A DNA stretch of 64,000 nt. Source: an uncultured Chloroflexia bacterium (GTDB lineage Bacteria; Chloroflexota; Limnocylindria; Limnocylindrales; CSP1-4). This document shows positions 1-9,330 of this stretch, piece after piece. Positions within the stretch are counted from its first letter, which is position 1. Every line of letters begins with the position of its first letter. The stretch is from the NCBI GenBank assembly GCA_963713975.1, contig OY970218.1, positions 3,456,001 through 3,520,000 on the forward strand, in the 5' to 3' direction. The position numbers and the translations under genes were made by a program. The notes under the pieces are model-generated. The model saw nothing but the letters and a program-made list of their open reading frames with translations, did not search any database and was not told the DNA's origin.

Positions 1-1110
1 AAACCACACCGGGCGGGCTCGGACTGGACGCCGTGGCACGACGAGCTCGACCCTGAGCGCGGCTATGTTCGCTACTACGGCGACAACAAGGCGGATCTCG
101 GACCTGACCCCTTGGCGCCGGCTGGAAACCGATCAGTGCTGAGTCAGTTCCCGCTCCATCAGGGAGCGTCGAGGTTGGATCGACTTCGGGCTGCCCCACT
201 CCTCTTCTTCGAGAGCCTGATCCACGATGGAAAGGCCAAGGGATATTGGCGGTTCCTCGGAGTGGGCCTGGTCGAGCGCGCCGAGCTTGTCACTCAGATC
301 GACCGGCGCCATCGACCATTCGTCAACTACGTGTTCGACTGCATGCTCGTCGATCTAAGCGCGGAAGATCTGGGCATCGCGTGGGAATGGATCGCAGCTC
401 GCCGAGATCCATCCAAATCGCTGGAGGAATGCCTGGCATTGGCGCCCGCAAGCTGGCGACAGTGGGTCGAGAACGGCGCAGCCGTCAAGGAGCGAATCCG
501 CCAGCACATGTCGCGGAGCAGCACGCTGAGCGCGCAGGACCAGCGACCCGATGCGGGAACTCCCGCTGAGGATGCACTGAGGCACGTGGTCGCTCACTAC
601 AAGAGCCTCGGTGGCTTCCATGGCGTCGGCGAACACCAATTCGAAGGATTGGCATCCGAGATCACGGGTGGCGTCCTTCGCGAGAGTGGGCACTACACCC
701 CGGGCTGGATAACGAAGCGAGCTGGCGACGGCGGGATCGACTTCGTGAGTCGACTCGACGTGGGCTCCGGCTCAGGCGCGCTCAAGCTGGTGGTGCTCGG
801 CCAGGCCAAGTGCGTTGCTGGCGCAGCGCCGGTGACCAGCGGCCTTGACCTGGCTCGAACGGTTGCTCGTCTCGATCGCGGGTGGGTCGGAGCCTTTGTT
901 ACCACGGGCTACTTCAGCGAGCAGGCCCAGCGTGAGGTCGTCACCGATCGATTCCCGCTGCTCATGCTAAATGGCCGGCATGTCGGAGAGGCCGTGGTAA
1001 GAGAGTCGGAGCTCCGCGGAGTCTCGGTGCCGGAATACATTCAGTCGATCGACGCCGACTACGAGTCGCGCCTGTCGAGCCGCTTGCCGGCGGAGATCCT
1101 CACCGATTGA
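1..1110 (+). CDS. Modification-dependent (5mC) restriction endonuclease, AspBHI/MspJI-like: SRA-like N-terminal domain plus Mrr-type nuclease; 5' truncated
   Basis: Frame 1 is open from base 1 (KPHRAGSDWTPWHDELDPERGYVRYYGDNK, resembling the AspBHI N-terminal domain). Mrr-like catalytic motif DGGIDF...LGQAKC, followed by the RTVARLDRGWVGAFVTT segment. Confidence 0.8.
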   Translation, partial: KPHRAGSDWTPWHDELDPERGYVRYYGDNKADLGPDPLAPAGNRSVLSQFPLHQGASRLDRLRAAPLLFFESLIHDGKAKGYWRFLGVGLVERAELVTQIDRRHRPFVNYVFDCMLVDLSAEDLGIAWEWIAARRDPSKSLEECLALAPASWRQWVENGAAVKERIRQHMSRSSTLSAQDQRPDAGTPAEDALRHVVAHYKSLGGFHGVGEHQFEGLASEITGGVLRESGHYTPGWITKRAGDGGIDFVSRLDVGSGSGALKLVVLGQAKCVAGAAPVTSGLDLARTVARLDRGWVGAFVTTGYFSEQAQREVVTDRFPLLMLNGRHVGEAVVRESELRGVSVPEYIQSIDADYESRLSSRLPAEILTD

Positions 1111-1122
1111 GGCATCGGGGAG

Positions 1123-4100
1123 TTACGCCCGCTCCGGGCACATTGCCCGATAGTCGCAGTACTCGCACGTCTTGAAGCCCGGCGAGGCCGTGAACTCGCC
1201 GGCGCGGATCCGCCCCACGATCCCGGTGATCACCTCGCGGGCCGCATCCAGCTCCTCCTCGGAGCGCACCGTGGACCGCCGCTGGGCGCTCTCGGTGAAG
1301 TACAGGGTGACGAGCTCGGGCGTGCCCAAGCCCAGGGCATCGCGGCAGGCGAGCGCATAGATGGTGAGCTGGAGGTTCTCGGCAACGTCCTTCTGGGACT
1401 TGGTGGAGCCGGTCTTGTAGTCCAGGACCTCGATACCGCCGGACGGCAGCCGGTCGATGCGGTCGATGCTGCCGTAGATGCGAACGGGGGCGGGGCCGTC
1501 ATCGGGCACCAGGACAAGCTCGAAGTCGAGCTCCTCGTGGAGGGCCTCCCCCACCGTGCTGAGCTCGGCATTCCAGAAGTTGTCGAGCAGGCCCTCGGCG
1601 CGGCGCTTGTAGCCGGCCTCGGTGGCGACATCGCCGAAGTCGGCGGGCTTCCACTGGGCCGCGAACAGGGCCCCGAGCTCCTCGCGGGTGGGCGGCGCCT
1701 CACCGCGCGCGATCCGCTCCCGACGCATCCGCGTGAACTCCTCGAACGCCGCATGCGCCGTGTTGCCGAAGGAGAAGAACGCCTTGGGCTTGTCCGGCCC
1801 AGGGACCTTGTAGACGTACCGCAGCGCGAACTGGAGCGGGCACCTGGTGTAGGTGCTGAGGCTGGTGTACGAGAACCCGGACGGGGCGGGGGCGACGAGC
1901 AGGAGGTTGGCCCCGGCACCAGTGTCCAGGGCGACGCTGCGGAAGGTGAGCGGGTCCAAGCCTGCCGCTCGAGCCTCGTCGGCGGACATGGCGGCAGCCC
2001 GGCCCGTCGCGAGGAGGCGCGCCTCGTAGGCGACCCGGGCATCGGCGGCTTCGGGATCCGTGGCTGCCGAAGCCTCCATGAGGCCCACGATCTCCGCGGC
2101 CCGCAGGCGGAGGACGAGACGGCGCTCCCGCGTGGTGGGCAGCGGCATGACTCGGCGGGCGGCGGCGAGTGCGGCGCTGGTGGCGCAAGCCTCGGCGTCA
2201 TCGTCCTCATCCATGTCGTCGGGGTCTTCGGCCGCCTCGCCGGCCTCGGCCGCACCTTGGAGCGCCTCGGCCTCGGCCACCGTCCGATCGGTCACCACCA
2301 GCTCGGCCCCGTGCTCCTCGAGCAGCTCCCCGATGAAGACGGACTGGCCCTTCTTGGCCGCGGCACCCGCGTGCGTGGAGAGCAGCAGGCGGTCCTGCGC
2401 ACGGGTCATCGCCACGTACAGGAGCCGGCGCTCTTCGTCGGTGTGGAGGTTGCCGCCAGGGACCTGCTCGCGCAGGAGCTCGCGCGGGAACCAGCCTGAG
2501 CCCATCTCCCTGGTGGGCCACTCGCCCTCGAGCAGGTTGGGCACCACGACCACCGGGAACTCGAGGCCCTTGGCCTGGTAGAGGGTCATGAGGCGCACGC
2601 CCTCGACGTCCTCGGACAGCTCCACCGAGGTGGGCAGCTCGCCGCCGGCGGCGGTGTAGGCATCGAGGTAGTCCACGAAGTCAGCGAGCGTCCCAACCGG
2701 GTTGGCCCCCTGCCAGTCCGCGGCGAAGCGCAGGAAGCTCGCGACGTTGACGACCGAGCGCTTGGCCTCGAGCGTGCCCGCCGCCAGCAGCGAGAGCACG
2801 GTGGCCGTCAGCTCCACGTACCGCTCCAGGACGGTGTACGGGCCCTCGCGCCAGGTGAGCGGGTTGAGCTCCTCGATGGCGGCGAGCAGCTGGCGCAGCC
2901 TCGCTCGCGTCTCCGCCGGGACGGTGGTGGTTCGGGTGCGCCGGTCCTTGTCGTCGCCCGCCTCCGTCTCGGTCCGCTCCCCTCGCTCCACGATCCGCTT
3001 GATGGCGGCGATCGCGTGGCTGCGGTCCGTGCGCGCGTCGCGCATGACGGCGAGGACCTCGAGGGCGTCCAGGCGCCAGGGGCCGGCGGTCATCATGCGC
3101 ACGAGGGCCGGGTCGTTGGTGGGATCGGCGATGGCGCGCAGGGCCTGGTCCAGGTCCCGGATCTCGGGGGTCTCGAACAGGGAGAGGCCACCCACGACGG
3201 TGTACGGGATGTCCTCGGCGCGGAGGCGCTCCACGATCGCGTCGCGGTGCTTGTGCTTGCGGTACAGGATGGCGACGCTGCTCCAGGGTCTCGCGGTGCC
3301 GTTGTCGGTGGCGGCGCGGATGGCGTCCACGATGGCGACGGCCTCGTCCTCCGGGCCCGCGCAGATATGCAGTTCGATGGGGGCGCCGGCCTCCCGGTCG
3401 GTTCGCAGGACCTTGTCCGGCGCGAAGCGGGTGTTGTTGCACGCGATCAGCCGGTTGGCGCCGTCGAGGACATTGCGGACGGAGCGGAAGTTCTGCTCGA
3501 TGGCGAGGTGGCGGAGTGCACCGGGCGCGGAGCCGCCCGGGTCGTGCGCGGGCGGGCGCGAGAAGCGGGCGTCGAACTCGGCGAAGGCGGCGAAGCTGGC
3601 GCCGCGGAAGCGGTAGATGGACTGGTCGTCGTCCCCCACCACCATGACGTTGTCGGGGCGATCCGGCGTACGCCCCAAGAGCTCGATGAGCTCGATCTGG
3701 GCGACGTTCGCGTCCTGGAACTCGTCAACCAGGATGTAGCGGTAGCGTCGCTGCCAGCTGCACAGGACGTTGGGGCGCTCCTTGAAGAGGCGCGTGACGA
3801 GAGCGATCTGCTCCCCGAAGTCGAGGGCGCCGCGCGAGGCGAGGGCCTCCTCGTAGGCGCGATAGACCTGGGCGAGCTCGTCGAGGCGGAGGATCTCGAA
3901 GCCGGCGCCGTCGCGCTCGTAGTCCGCGGCAAGCTCCGCGATCCGGGCGTGCTGGTCTGCGTCGAAGTCCTTCGGGCGATGGGCGTAGCCGTCGCCGGCT
4001 GTCACGCGGCGGGCCTCCCGGTCCGCGATGGCCGCCGGGCGGGGGGCCTTCACGGGCTTCTTGCCGGGCGGTGTTGGCGCCAGCGTGCCGTTGTCGCGGG

Positions 4101-4803
4101 CCCTCTCCCAGGAGCGAAGTCCGGCGTACGCAGAGCGCGTGTCCCTGGTGCCGCGGACGGTGCCGGTCATCCGGAGTCGTTCCTCAATCGCCTCGTAGGA
4201 GCCGTAGCGTTCCTCGAAGATGACGCGCTCGGTGTCCACCCAGGCCTCGAAATCGTCCGGGGTCACCAGCTCGTCCTTGGCGCGGTTGATGAACTTGACG
4301 AAGTCCGCGTGCGAGTACTCCGAGTGGTAGCGCAGGTCCAGCGCCTCGTGCATGCCGCGCAGGAGGAGGAGCTGGCCGACACCATCGAGCACCTCGGGCC
4401 GGGGTGGCAGACCGGCGTCGGCGCTGCTCTCGGTGAGGATCGTCTGGCAGAAGCTGTGGAAGTTGCTGACGGCCATCCGGGCGCGCGCGGCCGGCCCCAC
4501 GGCCTGGTCCAGCCGCTCCTGGAGCTCGCGTGCAGCCTTGACGTTGTAGGTCAGGACCAGGAGCTGCTCGGGTGAGAGCGGGCCGTCGAAGGGACTGCCG
4601 TGGCGCGGCGTGGGCTCCGCGGGGATGGCGGTCCCGGCGGCGGTCCGCTTGCCCTTGGTCTCGAGGAGCCAGCGCACCCGCTCCACGATGACCCGCGTCT
4701 TGCCGGTGCCGGCGCCGGCGATGACCACGACCGGGCCGTCATCCGTCTCGACGATGGCGCGCTGCTCAGGCGTCAGCGCGAACGGGTCTCCCGCGGCGGT
4801 CAC
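1123..4803 (-). CDS. UvrD/Rep (SF1A) ATP-dependent DNA helicase fused to a C-terminal PD-(D/E)XK nuclease with a 4-Cys Fe-S staple (AdnA/AddAB-like)
   Basis: Helicase motifs AGAGTGKT, DEFQD, GDDDQSIYRFRGA, NFRS, MTLYQAKGLEF, EERRLLYVAMTRA. Nuclease RCP...GSIDRID...DYKTG...CEYCDYRAMCP. Confidence 0.9.
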   Translation of the reverse strand: MTAAGDPFALTPEQRAIVETDDGPVVVIAGAGTGKTRVIVERVRWLLETKGKRTAAGTAIPAEPTPRHGSPFDGPLSPEQLLVLTYNVKAARELQERLDQAVGPAARARMAVSNFHSFCQTILTESSADAGLPPRPEVLDGVGQLLLLRGMHEALDLRYHSEYSHADFVKFINRAKDELVTPDDFEAWVDTERVIFEERYGSYEAIEERLRMTGTVRGTRDTRSAYAGLRSWERARDNGTLAPTPPGKKPVKAPRPAAIADREARRVTAGDGYAHRPKDFDADQHARIAELAADYERDGAGFEILRLDELAQVYRAYEEALASRGALDFGEQIALVTRLFKERPNVLCSWQRRYRYILVDEFQDANVAQIELIELLGRTPDRPDNVMVVGDDDQSIYRFRGASFAAFAEFDARFSRPPAHDPGGSAPGALRHLAIEQNFRSVRNVLDGANRLIACNNTRFAPDKVLRTDREAGAPIELHICAGPEDEAVAIVDAIRAATDNGTARPWSSVAILYRKHKHRDAIVERLRAEDIPYTVVGGLSLFETPEIRDLDQALRAIADPTNDPALVRMMTAGPWRLDALEVLAVMRDARTDRSHAIAAIKRIVERGERTETEAGDDKDRRTRTTTVPAETRARLRQLLAAIEELNPLTWREGPYTVLERYVELTATVLSLLAAGTLEAKRSVVNVASFLRFAADWQGANPVGTLADFVDYLDAYTAAGGELPTSVELSEDVEGVRLMTLYQAKGLEFPVVVVPNLLEGEWPTREMGSGWFPRELLREQVPGGNLHTDEERRLLYVAMTRAQDRLLLSTHAGAAAKKGQSVFIGELLEEHGAELVVTDRTVAEAEALQGAAEAGEAAEDPDDMDEDDDAEACATSAALAAARRVMPLPTTRERRLVLRLRAAEIVGLMEASAATDPEAADARVAYEARLLATGRAAAMSADEARAAGLDPLTFRSVALDTGAGANLLLVAPAPSGFSYTSLSTYTRCPLQFALRYVYKVPGPDKPKAFFSFGNTAHAAFEEFTRMRRERIARGEAPPTREELGALFAAQWKPADFGDVATEAGYKRRAEGLLDNFWNAELSTVGEALHEELDFELVLVPDDGPAPVRIYGSIDRIDRLPSGGIEVLDYKTGSTKSQKDVAENLQLTIYALACRDALGLGTPELVTLYFTESAQRRSTVRSEEELDAAREVITGIVGRIRAGEFTASPGFKTCEYCDYRAMCPERA

Positions 4804-4816
4804 CTGCTTCGGCCCC

Positions 4817-5317
4817 CTAGTAGCGGTAGAGGGACGCCACGAAGGGCACCCGGTTGTAGAGCATCAGCCCCAGGGGGAGCGTGATGATCAGCACGATGAG
4901 GGCGAAGCCGATGGACATCGCGAGAGCCGACGCCCACCACCCCACGACGATGAACCACAGGCCGCGGATCCACCACGGCTGCTGGGTGATCGGCACGGAC
5001 TGGCCGATGCCGCCGCGGGTGCCGTCGCTCCACGTGGCGTAGGTCTCCGTCCGAGGACGCAGCGTCAGGACCGTGGGGATCCGGTTCACCAGCCAGATCC
5101 CCAGGGGCAGGCCGATGATCGTGATCATGGCCAGCCAGGCGACGGCCGACGTGATGCCGGTCAGCCACCAGCCGACGAGCACGAACCACAGCGCCCGCAC
5201 GAGCATGCCGGGACCGCGCTTCGCCTCGTGGAAGGTCACGGTCAGCGGGGGCGGCGGCACCATCGGCACGCCGGGCGGAGGGACCTGGCCCATGGGCGGC
5301 TCAGCGGGTCCCGTCAC
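4817..5317 (-). CDS. YccF-domain inner membrane protein (two internal repeats)
   Basis: Duplicated RALWFVLVGWW / RGLWFIVVGWW...IIGLPLG / IITLPLG hydrophobic repeats. Confidence 0.75.
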   Translation of the reverse strand: MTGPAEPPMGQVPPPGVPMVPPPPLTVTFHEAKRGPGMLVRALWFVLVGWWLTGITSAVAWLAMITIIGLPLGIWLVNRIPTVLTLRPRTETYATWSDGTRGGIGQSVPITQQPWWIRGLWFIVVGWWASALAMSIGFALIVLIITLPLGLMLYNRVPFVASLYRY

Positions 5318-5372
5318 GCGAGCTCTCCGCGCGGTTCGATCTGGGTCATGGCCTCATCATCCTCCACGGTGG

Positions 5373-5393
5373 CGTGACAGGTTGGGTGTCACG
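5373..5393. promoter_or_regulatory. Palindromic operator-like site CGTGACA-N7-TGTCACG upstream of the yccF/helicase genes
   Basis: Perfect 7-bp inverted repeat in an intergenic region. Confidence 0.4.
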
Positions 5394-5415
5394 GGCGGGC
5401 GACCCAACGGTGCAG

Positions 5416-5598
5416 GGATCACCGGCAGTGCTATTCCGCGGCATTCCTGCCCGATTGCCCGCGGTCCTCTCGCGCCGTGCCGCCCTGGACGCCGGGCGCA
5501 TCACCACCGGTGATCGCCATGGCGAGATCCAGCTTCTGGAGCGCCGGGTACCACCGCCGGGTTGCGCGGCAGTGCCCGGATAGCACGGCTGGTGATCC
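5416..5598. repeat. About 183-bp element bounded by imperfect inverted repeats (long hairpin, MITE-like element or structured RNA)
   Basis: GGATCACCGGCAGTGCTATTCCG (5416-5438) pairs with CGGATAGCACGGCTGGTGATCC (5577-5598), and pairing continues imperfectly inward. Confidence 0.55.
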
Positions 5599-5627
5599 GC
5601 CGGGCCACAGACAGCCAAGGACGCCGC

Positions 5628-7343
5628 TCACGAGAGCATCGCCGCGACGCTGCCGGGCGCCACGACCACCAGGTGGTGCTTCGCGCGAGTGGCGCCAACG
5701 TACAGGAGCCGTTCGAGCCGGTTGTCGTCCGGTCGCAGCTCGGCGATCACCACGACGTCGCGATCCAGGCCCTTGAAGCGGTGGATGGTGTCGCACAGGA
5801 TCGTGCCCGCGGGCTGGTCCGGTACGTCATCGGCCGACAGGCCCATCGAGCGTCCCGCGTCATCGACGTTCCCGTTCCAGAGCACGAGATCGCCCCGGAA
5901 TCGACGCTGCTTCCAGGTAGCGCTGTGCTCGAGCGAGACGCCGGTGAGGACGACGATCTGCGCGCGGTCCACCTTCTCCACGTGGACCAGCTCGTGGAGG
6001 GCGGCGCGGACGGCATCCACGGTCGCCTCGGGCCCGTCGGCCTCGATCACCACGGGCGCCCGACCGTCCTCGCGCACCGGCTCGGCGGCCAGGTCACCGT
6101 CGTAGAAGCGGTAGGCCAGGTCGTGGATGGGTCGCGAGTTGCGGCAGTTGTCCGGGAGCGGGTACTCGTCGAGGCCGAGAGTGGACACGGCGTCGGTCCG
6201 GTAGATGGCCTGCGCCGGGTCGTGGAAGACGTACAGGACACCCCGCTTGGGATCCACCAGGAGCTGTTCCAGGAGCATGAGCCAGAGCTCCTCGAAGTCC
6301 TGGCCCTCGTCGATGACCAGCGCCTGGACCCGTCCGCCCACCTTGGGGAGGGCGCGCTCAAGGGCGCCCGGAAGCTGGGTGTCGAACCAGTCGCGGCCGG
6401 GGTTCGCGGGCTGGGGTGGAAGCGTTCCGGCCTCGGTCCCCAGGCGCCGGCACAGCTCGTGGAAGGTGCCCACCGAGAGGCGGCCCGACGCGATGTGCGG
6501 GGCGAGCTCGGGGTCGCGGGCGAGGGCGCGCGCGAGCGGCTGGTTGAAGCAGGCGAGGATCGTGTCGAAGCCGTCCGCCGCCAGCTGGCGGGCCTTCTCC
6601 GCCGCGAGGAGGCTCTTGCCGGCTCCCGCACAGCCCACCACCGATGCCCGGGGCTTGGCGCGCAGCGTGCGCAGGACGGACAGCTGCATGCGGGTGGGGG
6701 CCCGGAGCTCGTGCTCGCCCTCCTCGATGTCGCCGCGGAGCAGGGCACGCAGGACCACCTCGGGCTCGATGACATCGCAGATGACCTCGACCTGGCTCTC
6801 GGTCAATGCGGCTTTGCGCGCGCTGTTGCCCTTCCAGAAGGCCACCACGCGGGCGAGGGCTCGGGTTGCTGCTTCGTCGGTGGCCAGGTCCGCGCGGTCG
6901 AGGATCAGCTCGGCCGGCGCATCGGGACCGAGGGTCGGGTGAAGGCGAGTGAGGCTGGCGCGGTCCGTGTCGGGGAAGGCGACGGCGTGGAAGGTCAGGA
7001 CCTCGCCGACCCAGCGAGGGTCCGCCTTGACCTTCCCGCCCATCGTGCGCGCCGACGTCTCGGCCTGCTTGAAGGGCGGGGGCCTCAGGAGCCGATCAGC
7101 GGCGTGCCAGTCTCCGGAGCGGTCGCGGACGATCGGGCCGCCCTTGGTCTCGATGACGAGCAGCCCGATCTCGGGGAGGACGAGCAGCAGGTCGATCTCG
7201 CCGTTGCGCGCGGCGCCGCCATCCTCGGTGGGCGCGAGCCAGCGCACGTTGGCGAAGCAGACGGCACCCTCGGGCAGGACGGCACGAATCCGCTCCTCGA
7301 CGAGGCGCTCCGCTCGCCGTCCGAGCTCGCCGCGCTCCCCCAT
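5628..7343 (-). CDS. NERD nuclease domain plus SF1 helicase/ATPase
   Basis: EIDLLLVLPEIGLLVIETKGG (NERD), Walker A GCAGAGKS, DEGQD, NCRN, TIHRFKGL, LYVGATRA. Confidence 0.85.
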   Translation of the reverse strand: MGERGELGRRAERLVEERIRAVLPEGAVCFANVRWLAPTEDGGAARNGEIDLLLVLPEIGLLVIETKGGPIVRDRSGDWHAADRLLRPPPFKQAETSARTMGGKVKADPRWVGEVLTFHAVAFPDTDRASLTRLHPTLGPDAPAELILDRADLATDEAATRALARVVAFWKGNSARKAALTESQVEVICDVIEPEVVLRALLRGDIEEGEHELRAPTRMQLSVLRTLRAKPRASVVGCAGAGKSLLAAEKARQLAADGFDTILACFNQPLARALARDPELAPHIASGRLSVGTFHELCRRLGTEAGTLPPQPANPGRDWFDTQLPGALERALPKVGGRVQALVIDEGQDFEELWLMLLEQLLVDPKRGVLYVFHDPAQAIYRTDAVSTLGLDEYPLPDNCRNSRPIHDLAYRFYDGDLAAEPVREDGRAPVVIEADGPEATVDAVRAALHELVHVEKVDRAQIVVLTGVSLEHSATWKQRRFRGDLVLWNGNVDDAGRSMGLSADDVPDQPAGTILCDTIHRFKGLDRDVVVIAELRPDDNRLERLLYVGATRAKHHLVVVAPGSVAAMLS

Positions 7344-7603
7344 GCCGTGCCTCCCGTGGTCCGGTGCGGGCCGGGGTCCGGGACGTAGCGGTCCGGTCCG
7401 GGACGTCGCAGTCCGGGCCTGGGTCCGACGTGGTCCTGGCCGTCGCTGCGAGCCCCGCTGGCGACCGTAGCAGAGCGATCGCGCGTGCGCTCTGGTCCGT
7501 CCGGCCTCTGCCAGGGCGCCGTCCGGCCCATGTCTCCCCCCCCCACAACCGCACCGCGGGCGCGCGAGAACGGGCGCTCGGCACGGTTACGGGGTGAGGC
7601 CGA

Positions 7604-8167
7604 TCAGCGAGTCAGGCCAGCGTTGATCCGGACGAGATGGTTCTGGGCGTCGAACTGGAGCTCGAGCGACCCATACCGCTCTCCCGTGAACATGTAGACG
7701 AACGTCGGAGGGCCGTACAGGTCGGAGATCCGGCTCGGCTTGCCGAGGGCCTTGATCACGGCTCGGGGTGTCGCGCCCCAGTGGAGGGACTGCGGGAGGG
7801 TCCCCGCGTACTCCGTCAGGACCGGGTTCTCAGGTCCGTACACGGAGACGACACGTGCGACCCCCGTCCGGGACGTGTTCGCGGTGAAGTCCTCGCAGAC
7901 GACGAAGAAGCCGTCACCAACCGTGAGCGGGGTTCGAGCACAGCCCGTCACGTCGAGCTCGGAGCCGAGGTAGGACAGCGGATCGATGCCGCCGTTCGCA
8001 GCCGAGATGATCCTGGCGCCCGCCCCTCCCCCGACATGCATCCACGCCGCGCCGAACGCGACCAGCGCGATGCCGGCAGTGGCGATGCCCAGCCATCGCA
8101 GGCGACCCGGCGGCGGTCGCCGCACGGCGTCGGGTCCGCGGGTGGGATGCTGCTGCGGCGTGGTCAT
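7604..8167 (-). CDS. Hypothetical membrane-anchored/exported protein (about 187 aa)
   Basis: ATG at 8167 (MTTPQQHP...), single N-terminal TM segment WLGIATAGIALVAFGAAW, globular C-terminus with a Cys pair. Confidence 0.6.
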   Translation of the reverse strand: MTTPQQHPTRGPDAVRRPPPGRLRWLGIATAGIALVAFGAAWMHVGGGAGARIISAANGGIDPLSYLGSELDVTGCARTPLTVGDGFFVVCEDFTANTSRTGVARVVSVYGPENPVLTEYAGTLPQSLHWGATPRAVIKALGKPSRISDLYGPPTFVYMFTGERYGSLELQFDAQNHLVRINAGLTR

Positions 8168-8374
8168 CGGTGGGCCCTCAGGAACCTTCCTATGTTTGTC
8201 ACTCCACATTATGAACAACGGCGGCGATACGGTGAAGTGCCGAGCGACGCCTAGTCCCGGGCGGTTGTTCGTGCAGCAGATGGCAACCGAAACGCCCTCG
8301 CCGGCGTCAGGGGCGCGCAGAACCGGCACTTGCGCCGGCGGCCCAACCGACACGAGACCCGAGAGGCGACCTCC

Positions 8375-9163
8375 ATGAGCAGCACGGAAACCATGAACGA
8401 CACCACCCACCGCTGGCGCTTGGCCATCGTGCTCGGGTCCGGAGCCCTCCTCGTGGGCCTGGTCGCCGGACCAGTCCTCGCCGGCGCCATGGCCCCCCGG
8501 ACCTATGCGCCCGTCAACGGCGCCGTGGACCAGCCGCCCGAGCACACGATCTCGGTCGCGGGCTCCGGCAAGGTCGTGGTGGTCCCGGACATGGCCACGA
8601 TCAGCCTCGGCGTTGTGGTCGAACGCAACACCGCCAAGGCGGCCCGTGAGGCGGCCGCGGCATCCATGACGAAGGTGGTCGCGGCGATCCGTGCGCTCGG
8701 CATCGACGACAAGGACATCGCCACCTCGAACGTGTCCCTCAATCCCGTCTACGACTACCCCAACAACCAGGCGCCGAAGATCCGCGGCTACCAGCTCCAG
8801 AACACCGTCACCGTCACCGTGCGTGACCTCGACAAGGTGTCCGACGTCATCGATGACGGCGTCCAGGCCGGGGCCACGTCGGTCGACGGGATCAGCTTCG
8901 ATGTCGCCGACCGGGCGGGCGCAGAGGCGAAGGCCCGTGAGGCCGCGGTGGCGGACGCAAAGGCCAAGGCCGACACGCTGGCCAGCGGGCTGGGCGTCCG
9001 GATCCAGGGCGTTGCCAGCGTCTCCGAGTCCGTCTCCACCCCCATCTGGTACGAGCGGATGGCAGCCCCCATGGCCGCAGCCGACGGGGGCTCCGAGACG
9101 CCGGTCCTCCCGGGCACAACGGACGTGGTGATCACGGTTCAGGTGTCGTTCCTGATCCCGTAG
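8375..9163 (+). CDS. SIMPL (DUF541) domain exported protein
   Basis: GAGAGG RBS, signal-like N-terminus, motifs TISVAGSGKVVVVPDMATISLGV and AREAAVADAKAKA. Confidence 0.85.
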   Translation: MSSTETMNDTTHRWRLAIVLGSGALLVGLVAGPVLAGAMAPRTYAPVNGAVDQPPEHTISVAGSGKVVVVPDMATISLGVVVERNTAKAAREAAAASMTKVVAAIRALGIDDKDIATSNVSLNPVYDYPNNQAPKIRGYQLQNTVTVTVRDLDKVSDVIDDGVQAGATSVDGISFDVADRAGAEAKAREAAVADAKAKADTLASGLGVRIQGVASVSESVSTPIWYERMAAPMAAADGGSETPVLPGTTDVVITVQVSFLIP

Positions 9164-9193
9164 CCGGATACCGCTCGCCACAACGGCAGCTGG

Positions 9194-9226
9194 ACGGCCC
9201 CGGGGGCGAACCCTCCGGGGCCGTTC
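9194..9226 (+). terminator. GC-rich hairpin, probable terminator after the SIMPL gene
   Basis: ACGGCCCCGG...CCGGGGCCGT stem followed by a short pyrimidine run. Confidence 0.55.
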
Positions 9227-9330
9227 CGCGTCCGGAGCGGGCCGCGGACGACGCCCGGTGCCGTCGTCTCTTGGCAGGCGGGGCGCCGTGGGGCAGGATG
9301 TCTCCTGCACCTTCGTCCATTCGGGAGCCC

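Noticed and set aside
1123-1900. Cas4-like 4-Cys nuclease domain as a CRISPR adaptation gene
   Set aside because: It is the C-terminal domain of a UvrD helicase (AdnA/AddB-type architecture); there is no cas1 and no array.
8282-8308. GCAAC upstream of the SIMPL gene as a fourth nitrogen box
   Set aside because: No 11-bp periodic repeat. GCAACC-N16-CGTC fits an ECF-sigma promoter better, but it is too weak to call.
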